Notes under the pieces: model-generated
Databases searched by the model: none
What the model was told of the DNA's origin: nothing
The model's input: the letters and a program-made list of their open reading frames with translations, nothing else
Source: an uncultured Sphingomonas sp.
GTDB taxonomy: Bacteria > Pseudomonadota > Alphaproteobacteria > Sphingomonadales > Sphingomonadaceae
Direction: 5' to 3'
NCBI RefSeq assembly: GCF_937871615.1
Contig: NZ_CALMPA010000059.1
Location: forward strand, 29,680-93,679
Length of the DNA stretch: 64,000 nucleotides
Part shown: positions 57,490 through 64,000 of the stretch, piece after piece
Layout: each line of letters begins with the position of its first letter
Numbering within the stretch: position 1 is the stretch's first letter
Program-made: the position numbers and the translations under genes

Positions 57490-57671
57490 CTTTTATCGCG
57501 ATGAAGGTCGCGATGGATGCAAGCATATTCCCGCTCGATCCACGCCAACGTGTCCGCCGCGGTGCGGCTCCGGCGGCGATGGGGTAGCAGCAGCGCCTCC
57601 AGCCAGGCGAGCAACCACAGCCGTAGGCGAAGCTGTGGCGACATAGGGGCGTGGGAATGATCCAGTGACAT
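57486..57671 (-). CDS. hypothetical small protein (61 aa)
   Basis: ATG 57671 is preceded by AAGGAGAG-n5 and lies 17 nt after the receptor stop. MSLDHSHAPMSPQLRLRLWLLAWLEALLLPHRRR... has one hydrophobic helix. Its stop overlaps the convergent response-regulator stop. Confidence 0.4.
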   Translation of the reverse strand: MSLDHSHAPMSPQLRLRLWLLAWLEALLLPHRRRSRTAADTLAWIEREYACIHRDLHRDKS

Positions 57672-57687
57672 TGCCGCTCTCCTTGGG

Positions 57688-60063
57688 TCAAATTTTCGTG
57701 TTGATACTGAGCAGGATCGTGCGCGGGGCCGCGCGCATGAAGGTCTGATAGTCGCCCGACACCGAATAGCCGCCGATGCCGACCGATCCGATATTGTTGC
57801 GGTTGAGCAGATTGTTGACGTCCACGCGGAACAGCAGTTCCGGCCTGTGGCCGTTCTGCGGCAACCGATACGAGGCGCGCGCATTCACCTGCCAATAGTT
57901 GGGCACGTAGATGTCGTTGGTGTAGGTGAAGGGATTGTCGAGATAGAGCGTATTCGTCACCCCGGCGTCGAACCGGCCGTGCTTCGCCGCTATCTGGGTG
58001 ATCATTGATACGCCCGGATAACCCGGCTGGTAATGCCCCTTGAGCGGCATGATATCCCCGGCCACCACCAGATCGTCCGCGTAACGCAGCTTGCTGACCG
58101 AAAAAGATTGCGAGATATCCAGCCACGCGACCGGCTTCAGATCGACGATCGCATCCGCGCCGATCAGCGTCGATCGCGGCACGACGCCGACGGTGCGCAC
58201 AGGGTTGAACTGGGGCCCGCTCGTTCCGTTAAGCAGGCGGTTGAGGATGATGCCGTAATAAGCGTCCACGTTGATGCTGAGCGGGCCGAAGCGATGATAG
58301 CCGCCAACGGTGAAATTCCAGTCCTTCTCCGGCTTGAGCGTCGCAAGCGCGGCGTCGAACAATTCCTGGCTGTCGGCCGCCCAGGCGGAGGACACCGGGC
58401 CGATATTGCCGCGCGATGATACGCGATAGCCCACCGCCGTCTTGGCGATATCGAGATAGAGCCCACTGCGCGCGTTCGGGCGCCAGTCGATCGCCAGATG
58501 CGGCAGGAAAGGATCGGCGGTCGTCAGCGTGCCGTTCGGCGCCTGATCCGCGCCGATCCCGCCGCCGCTCGTCGCAAAGTCGACCGACTTGAACCCGGCA
58601 TCGATCGTCAGTGTATCGGTCGGCTTGAAGAGGTCGCGCACATAAAGCTGGAACGAGCGGGTCTTCCACCGTGAGTCATTGGCGATCTGGAAGGCTGGCC
58701 CGTACACATCATAGGGCCCCATCGTGCTGAGCGGCGCGCCCTGCCCCGGAAGCGGCTCGTTGTACGAGGCGAAGCGCGAGGTCGACGAGACGCGCTCGAG
58801 CCAGCCGCCAGCCGAAATGGTGTGACGCCCGCCCGTCCAGGTCAGATCGACCGTGCCCCCGAAACGCTGCGGGCGTGTCTGCCACACCTGCGCGGAGAAA
58901 GGCGCCCCGGTTTGCGAGGGCGTGGAAACGTCGGATATCTCGACGTCCGAGCGGCTGATCGCGGCATAGCCCATCACGCTGCCGGAGAGTTGATCGGTCA
59001 GCTTGAAGCGATGCGCTACGTTCCCGACGACATCGCCGGTCGTCTGGCCGGTATCATAGGGAATGAGTTCGGCCAGTTCGCCGCAGGTATAGGCGCCGCA
59101 CGATAGATTCGCATGCTCGGGCGAGGCGATGTAAACCGCGCGGGCATAGTTCGGATAGAAGATGTCGGTCCCGTTCCAGCCGAGCTTGGACAGCATGTCG
59201 AACGACGTGTTGTTATATCCGTAGATCTCGGCGCGGGCGAAGGAGAAGAAGGCGGTGAAATCGCCCCACGGCACATCCTGAACCAGCTTGGCGTTGGCGC
59301 GCAGCATATATTGCGTCCCCGCGCCGGTATATTTGTCCTTCGAAATCCGCTCGATACCGAACAATCCGCGCGGCCCCGCCTCCCCGATCTGACCGGTGTT
59401 GACCGTCGCACTCGTCACGAAGGCGTTGTCGCCGCCGAAGCCTTGCGTGATATCCAGCGCGAAGCGCGGCTTGGGATCGGCGGTCGTATAACGCATCTCG
59501 CCGCCGTTGCCGGTGTTCGAGAATGTGCTCACCGCCGCCGAGCCGGGGGAGATTTTGACGGTACCGATATCGGCAGCGACGCCGATGTTGAGCGGCGCGG
59601 TGCCGGTGACGCTACCATAGCTGCCGTCGTTCAGCGGAATCCCTTCGAAGGTGATCGCCAGTTCGTTCTGGCGGAAGCCGCGCACAAGCAGGAAACCGTC
59701 GGACAGGTCGAGACCATAGGCGTCGGTGGAGGTAAAGGTGACGCCCGGCAGGTTCTTCACCAGCGCCAAAGCGCTGCTGCCCGACAACACGTCCGACCAG
59801 TCGTCTCCCGTCAGGCTGTAGCCGCCACCCTCGGCCGGTCTTGCGGTGCCATAGGCGGGCGCACGGCGCGCGGCCGTAACCGTTATCTCATCGATCGGCT
59901 GGGGCTCTATATCCGTCGCGGATGTGATGCTGGAAACTTCAGCCCGAGCGGGCACGGCGATGCCGGTCATCATCGCGGCAACCAGGGCGGGTGTGCCGCA
60001 TGCGGCAAGGAGCTTCGGGAACTGGATCACGCAAATGCTTTCTGACGACGGCACGCGCGACAC
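57688..60063 (-). CDS. TonB-dependent receptor
   Basis: 791 aa. It has a signal peptide ...GIAVPARA, a plug (EITVTAARR, LVKNLPGV) and a beta-barrel ending ...LLSINTKI. The start is uncertain (GTG 60063 or GTG 60030). Confidence 0.88.
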   Translation of the reverse strand: MSRVPSSESICVIQFPKLLAACGTPALVAAMMTGIAVPARAEVSSITSATDIEPQPIDEITVTAARRAPAYGTARPAEGGGYSLTGDDWSDVLSGSSALALVKNLPGVTFTSTDAYGLDLSDGFLLVRGFRQNELAITFEGIPLNDGSYGSVTGTAPLNIGVAADIGTVKISPGSAAVSTFSNTGNGGEMRYTTADPKPRFALDITQGFGGDNAFVTSATVNTGQIGEAGPRGLFGIERISKDKYTGAGTQYMLRANAKLVQDVPWGDFTAFFSFARAEIYGYNNTSFDMLSKLGWNGTDIFYPNYARAVYIASPEHANLSCGAYTCGELAELIPYDTGQTTGDVVGNVAHRFKLTDQLSGSVMGYAAISRSDVEISDVSTPSQTGAPFSAQVWQTRPQRFGGTVDLTWTGGRHTISAGGWLERVSSTSRFASYNEPLPGQGAPLSTMGPYDVYGPAFQIANDSRWKTRSFQLYVRDLFKPTDTLTIDAGFKSVDFATSGGGIGADQAPNGTLTTADPFLPHLAIDWRPNARSGLYLDIAKTAVGYRVSSRGNIGPVSSAWAADSQELFDAALATLKPEKDWNFTVGGYHRFGPLSINVDAYYGIILNRLLNGTSGPQFNPVRTVGVVPRSTLIGADAIVDLKPVAWLDISQSFSVSKLRYADDLVVAGDIMPLKGHYQPGYPGVSMITQIAAKHGRFDAGVTNTLYLDNPFTYTNDIYVPNYWQVNARASYRLPQNGHRPELLFRVDVNNLLNRNNIGSVGIGGYSVSGDYQTFMRAAPRTILLSINTKI

Positions 60064-60203
60064 TTCCCCGCCGCATCTGGGCAGCAGGGTGAGGAGCGCG
60101 GGCTGGAATGGTTCTCGCGCGGCGAAACACGGCTGCGCGATTGGATAGATGTCGCCGGCACCGTTTGCGGGCAGCCGGCGAGGGAATGATCAGGCGTTCA
60201 TCC

Positions 60204-60232
60204 TTGCCTCCTCGGGAGCGGCCGGGAGGCAA
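60204..60232 (-). other. hairpin between a small upstream ORF and the receptor gene
   Basis: TTGCCTCC-n13-GGAGGCAA is a perfect 8-bp stem, 7 nt after the stop of the 46-codon ORF. It has no U-tract. Confidence 0.3.
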
Positions 60233-60238
60233 CGGCGA

Positions 60239-60379
60239 TCAGCTCGCTGCGGGCCTTCCCGCGTCGAGGCCGAACTGCCTGTCGTCATCCCCGCCGTGAT
60301 GGGGACCGAACGATGTGAAACGAGGGGCGCTGCGCCTATTATCACCATCGTCCGGCAGGTTGTCGGTCCGCGGATTCAT
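60239..60379 (-). CDS. possible 46-aa acidic peptide upstream of the receptor gene
   Basis: ATG 60379 is preceded by AAAGGGGA-n4. MNPRTDNLPDDGDNRRSAPRFTSFGPHHGGDDDRQFGLDAGRPAAS. It falls below the ORF-track cutoff. Confidence 0.25.
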   Translation of the reverse strand: MNPRTDNLPDDGDNRRSAPRFTSFGPHHGGDDDRQFGLDAGRPAAS

Positions 60380-60699
60380 CAAATCCCCTTTGTTTTGCAC
60401 CGGCCTAACATCAGTTGCGTCAGCCCGTTTCGCCTGACGGAGTTATTCTCGAAGGTGGGTATGGTTCAACGCTACGATAGTATAGCCGAACGCAACCAAC
60501 GCGCGGCGGGGCGACGTTCACCTGCACCATCAAAAGAAGATCGCAGCACTACTGGCCGTCAAGGGCACCGTTCGTGATGTGCTTGAGACGCCTCGCAACC
60601 CAGGGATGTTCTTGCACACCGTGTTCGCCGCGAGCGGTTCATCAGCGAGGGCTGGAATCATCCTTCGATCGTCGCGCCTTAGCGGGGCGCATCGACCGG

Positions 60700-62118
60700 C
60701 TATGAAAATGACGGCGCCAGCTTTCCACCGGATGTCTCCATCGCAAACGCCAGGGACAGGCGCGCGCCAGCCCCTCCCTCTCCTTCCGCGATCATCAGAC
60801 GCGTCCCGTGGATACGCGCGACCTCGGCAACGATCGCCAGCCCCAGGCCGCATCCGGATTCCTTTGTCCCCGGCAGACGATAGAAACGTTCGCAAACGCG
60901 ATCCCGCTCGGCAAGGGAGATGCCGGGTCCGCTATCTTCCACTTCCAGCACCGCCATCCCATCGCGCGAAAAGCAACGTACGGTTACCCGGCCACCTTCA
61001 GGCGTGTAGCGGATCGCGTTGTCGAGCAAATTGACCAGCAATTCTCGCAACAGCCAGGCGATGCCGTCGATGATAAGCGGTTCGGCCTCCAACCCCAGAT
61101 CGATACCGCGCGACACCGCATGATCGAGTTCGCCTTCGACCACCTCCGCGCTGAGCGTAAACAGTGCGACCGGCGCGCCGGTGAGCAACGCGCCAGCCGT
61201 CGGGTCCGCCCGCGCCAGAGCCAGCAATTGATGCGTTGTCCGTGTCAGCCGTCCGACGCTGAGTTGCAACGCCTCCAGATCTTCCCGCAGGGTATCGTCA
61301 CCGGCGTTCCTGAGCAGCAGGTCGAGGCGTGAGCGCAGTCCGGCGAGCGGCGTGCGGATCTGATGCGCGGCATCGGCCAGAAAGCGCTGTTGCGCGGCGG
61401 CGCTGTCGCGCACGGTCGCGAACAGGCGATTGAGTTCCTCGACGATCGGACGGACCTCTTCCGGCGTACTCCACGGGTCCAGCGGCCCCAACGCGCTAGG
61501 CGAACGCCGGGCGATCTCATCGCGCAATTGTCGCAGCGGCCTCAGCCCCTGTCTCACACCGAACAGCACCAGCAGCACTGTCGCGCCGAGTTGCAGGATA
61601 TCGGTCAACACCAGGCTGCCGACGATACGCCAGCTTGCTCCTATGCGCTGATGCTTCGATTCGGCGACGGTAATGACCAGCCGCCCCGCCGGGCCATCGA
61701 CGCGGTAGCTGGCGACACGCAACGCCTGCCCAAGATATTCGAGATCGGCATAGGCGACACGCTCATGCCCGCCGGGCGCCTCCGGAAGTCCGGCATCGCC
61801 GATCTCGGCGCCATCCGCCGGCCGCCGCACGCGATAATAGCTGCTATAGCCGGCCGCGCTTGCTTCGAGCTTGGCCAACGCGCGGCCTGGCTCAGGCAGA
61901 GCGATGCCATGCGCGTTCCCCTGCACCGAGGATGCGAGCGCATGTGCCGCATTGGCGAGCGCATGGTCATAGGCCAGGTTGAGTGGCGCCACCCCGTTGC
62001 GATAATCGAGCACCACCCCGATCGCGAGCAGCACCACCAACGGGGGCAGCAGCGACGCGAGTAGCCGGCGTCGGATCGTGTATCGCGCGCCAGTCGTGTG
62101 ATCACTGGGCGTCGTCAA
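60700..62118 (-). CDS. sensor histidine kinase (periplasmic-sensing, QseC/BasS-like architecture)
   Basis: 472 aa with two TM segments flanking a loop of about 150 aa, then a HAMP domain. H-box AAHQIRTPL, N-box NLLDNAIRYT, and G-boxes DSGPGI and GCGLGLAIV. Confidence 0.88.
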   Translation of the reverse strand: MTTPSDHTTGARYTIRRRLLASLLPPLVVLLAIGVVLDYRNGVAPLNLAYDHALANAAHALASSVQGNAHGIALPEPGRALAKLEASAAGYSSYYRVRRPADGAEIGDAGLPEAPGGHERVAYADLEYLGQALRVASYRVDGPAGRLVITVAESKHQRIGASWRIVGSLVLTDILQLGATVLLVLFGVRQGLRPLRQLRDEIARRSPSALGPLDPWSTPEEVRPIVEELNRLFATVRDSAAAQQRFLADAAHQIRTPLAGLRSRLDLLLRNAGDDTLREDLEALQLSVGRLTRTTHQLLALARADPTAGALLTGAPVALFTLSAEVVEGELDHAVSRGIDLGLEAEPLIIDGIAWLLRELLVNLLDNAIRYTPEGGRVTVRCFSRDGMAVLEVEDSGPGISLAERDRVCERFYRLPGTKESGCGLGLAIVAEVARIHGTRLMIAEGEGGAGARLSLAFAMETSGGKLAPSFS

Positions 62119-62767
62119 GGCGATACCCGAACCCGCGCAACGTGGTGATGCATGCCTTGTCCCCCAGCTTGGTCCGCAGCCGCGATATCAGCGCCTCCAC
62201 CGTATTGGGCAACAGATCACGATCCCAGCCGCTGATCGCGGCGAGCAGCCGTTCCTTCGGCACGACACGGCGAGCCCGGATCGCGAGACATTCCAGCACC
62301 GCCCATTCGCGCGGCGTCAGCGCCAGCGGCGCGTCGGCCAGAGTCGCGCTACGATCGGCGAGATGAAGGCGAAGATCACCGATCGCCAGTTCGGAACTGG
62401 CCGCCGCGCTGATCCGTCGCACCACCGCGCGACACCGCGCGGCAAGCTCCAGCAGCGAGAACGGCTTGACGAGGTAATCGTCCGCCCCGAGATCGAGCGC
62501 ATCAACGCGATCCGTCACCGAATCCCGCGCGGTGACGATCAGCACCGGCAGCGGGTTGCCCGCCCGGCGCAGGCCCCGGACCAGGCTGATCCCCGATTCA
62601 TCAGGCAAGCCGATGTCAATGATGGCGAGGTCGAACGGCACCATGTCCAGCGCCAGACGCGCGCCTTCGGCCGTATCAACATGCTCGACGGCATGGCCCA
62701 TCTCGGCCAGCCCCCGACACATGCCCTCGGCCATGATCGCATCGTCTTCAACCAATAACAGGCGCAT
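62102..62767 (-). CDS. response regulator, OmpR/PhoB winged-helix family
   Basis: The start was moved to ATG 62767 (MRLLLVEDDAIM...). DLAIIDIGLPDESG and C-terminal ...ITTLRGFGYRL. It overlaps the kinase start by 17 nt. Confidence 0.9.
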   Translation of the reverse strand: MRLLLVEDDAIMAEGMCRGLAEMGHAVEHVDTAEGARLALDMVPFDLAIIDIGLPDESGISLVRGLRRAGNPLPVLIVTARDSVTDRVDALDLGADDYLVKPFSLLELAARCRAVVRRISAAASSELAIGDLRLHLADRSATLADAPLALTPREWAVLECLAIRARRVVPKERLLAAISGWDRDLLPNTVEALISRLRTKLGDKACITTLRGFGYRLDDAQ

Positions 62768-62836
62768 CGCGATCCTTCTGGCAGTCAGGCGGACACGCAG
62801 CATGCGCCGACCTCCCCGACACTAATCGGCTCCCGC

Positions 62837-64000
62837 CTATATCCTTGCCTTGATGCCGACCACGATCGCGCGCGGCGGCGCGGCACCAAACGATCGGGTC
62901 ACGCCGATCTCGCCACCCGGCAATTGCGGGAAGGGCACGCCGCTCGCATCAGTCCAGGTGCCGTACACCGAGTAGCGACGATCGAACAAGTTGCTGACAC
63001 TGCCGAACAGCGACAGGCCCGACAGTAATTCATAGCTGCCATGCACACCGACCACAACATAGCCGGGCAACCGGGGAGTCTGGTTCGATTGATCCTGGAA
63101 CAGGACCTGATTGCTCGCCGCCTGCGCCGAGAAGCCCGCTGTCAGCCCGGGCATGACGAGATAATCAGCGCCCAGCTTCACACGGTGGCGCGGAATGCCC
63201 GGAATACGATCGCCGGATGTGACGAAGATCTCGCCATCGTCGTTAGCCCCCGGGTTGAACGGGCTGCTCAACGTCAGCGCGCTGCGATAGGTTGCGTCGA
63301 TCAGGCTGTAGTTACCAAACAATTGCAGGCGTTCGCTACGATAGTTGGTGCCGATCTCGATACCTTGCCGGCGAGTCCTGGCAGCATTCTGGAAATAGCC
63401 GCGCCCTGGGATCGAACTGGCGATCTCGATGATGTCATTGATGTTAACCGTGCGGAACAGGCTGGCGCTCCACTTCAGGCTGTTCTTCGCGCCCAACGAC
63501 GCCGTGCCGCGCAGGCCGCCCTCCCAGGTGCGCGACACGACCTGATAGAGCGGCGGATCGGCCATGAAGAAGCTCGCCATCGTACAGGGGATTTCCGGGT
63601 CTGCGCACGAGAGTTCGGCTGCCGTCGGCACGCGGTTGGTCTCGGCATAGTTGACGTAGGCCGTCGCGTGAGCGGCGAAGCGCCAGGTCGCGCCGACACC
63701 AGGGTTGAAGCGGCTGAAGCGATGATCGCCGTTCAGCGCGCCACCGAGCCGGTCGCGCAAGCGGATGCCCGCGATATTGTAGCGTCCGTTGATTGTCAGC
63801 GAGAGGTGATCGTCGATGTCGAATGTGTTGCTGAGATAGATGCCGGTATATTGCGTCCACGTGCGCAGCCGCGTCTGCCGGATCGCGCCTTCGGAATCGA
63901 CCTGAAGCCCGCTCCCGTGGGTGACGCGATCGAGATCGAAGGTGCCGATCTCCGCTCCGGCGTCGAACGTGCTGGTCCCGCGATCGTGGCTCGCACCGAT
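62837..64000 (-). CDS. TonB-dependent receptor, C-terminal barrel portion (5' end outside the window)
   Basis: The frame stays open from 63760 to the window edge (IGASHDRGTSTFDAGAEIGTFDLDR...). It has typical barrel strands and ends ...VVGIKARI. Confidence 0.85.
   Translation of the reverse strand: MGASHDRGTSTFDAGAEIGTFDLDRVTHGSGLQVDSEGAIRQTRLRTWTQYTGIYLSNTFDIDDHLSLTINGRYNIAGIRLRDRLGGALNGDHRFSRFNPGVGATWRFAAHATAYVNYAETNRVPTAAELSCADPEIPCTMASFFMADPPLYQVVSRTWEGGLRGTASLGAKNSLKWSASLFRTVNINDIIEIASSIPGRGYFQNAARTRRQGIEIGTNYRSERLQLFGNYSLIDATYRSALTLSSPFNPGANDDGEIFVTSGDRIPGIPRHRVKLGADYLVMPGLTAGFSAQAASNQVLFQDQSNQTPRLPGYVVVGVHGSYELLSGLSLFGSVSNLFDRRYSVYGTWTDASGVPFPQLPGGEIGVTRSFGAAPPRAIVVGIKARI

Noticed and set aside
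45885-64000. A direct repeat of the tRNA-Thr 3' end that would mark the distal island boundary (attR).
   Set aside because: I found no copy of ttcaatcctcaccggcagcacca, or a substantial part of it, by eye. This needs a computational search before the boundary can be called.

Overview
This is a 64-kb, high-GC chromosomal segment. It looks alphaproteobacterial, probably Sphingomonadaceae; that is an inference from protein families, REP-like hairpin repeats and frequent 4-nt ATGA gene overlaps. Bases 1 to 45.8 kb are densely packed core metabolism. They hold a gor fragment, lpdA, glpQ, and a PaoABC-type Mo/FAD/FeS oxidoreductase with XdhC and MocA maturation genes. They also hold a 9.3-kb methylmalonyl-pathway operon (pccB-mce-ech-mcm-metY-bioB-pccA) with a divergent ScfR/PccR-type regulator. 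Further genes are acs, a small SDR/Crp/TauD patch, hrcA-grpE, ald, NAD-type formate dehydrogenase fdsGBAD, ppc, ptrB-dedA-thioesterase, a DUF808 gene and pepP. A tRNA-Thr(GGU) at 45.81 kb marks the switch to a patchy, visibly lower-GC accessory mosaic. That mosaic contains a frameshifted N6/N4 DNA methyltransferase, IS66 and IS3 remnants, and a zinc module (Zur, MerC-like protein, His-rich TonB-dependent receptor). It also contains mgtA, two two-component systems and two more TonB-dependent receptors. I saw no CRISPR array, rRNA, prophage or recognisable defence system, and no clearly novel multi-gene system. The observations most worth a second look are: (1) an AT-rich TTGC-repeat cluster, an orphan intrinsic terminator and a structured leader in the 444-bp ptrB/DUF808 intergenic region, which shares a 10-mer with the putative PccR operator; (2) an in-frame TGA that splits the DUF808 gene; (3) the Zur/MerC-like/receptor module; (4) an IR-bounded, internally deleted IS3 derivative; (5) unannotated small ORFs flanking a TonB-dependent receptor. 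All coordinates come from reading the sequence by eye. No searches were run.
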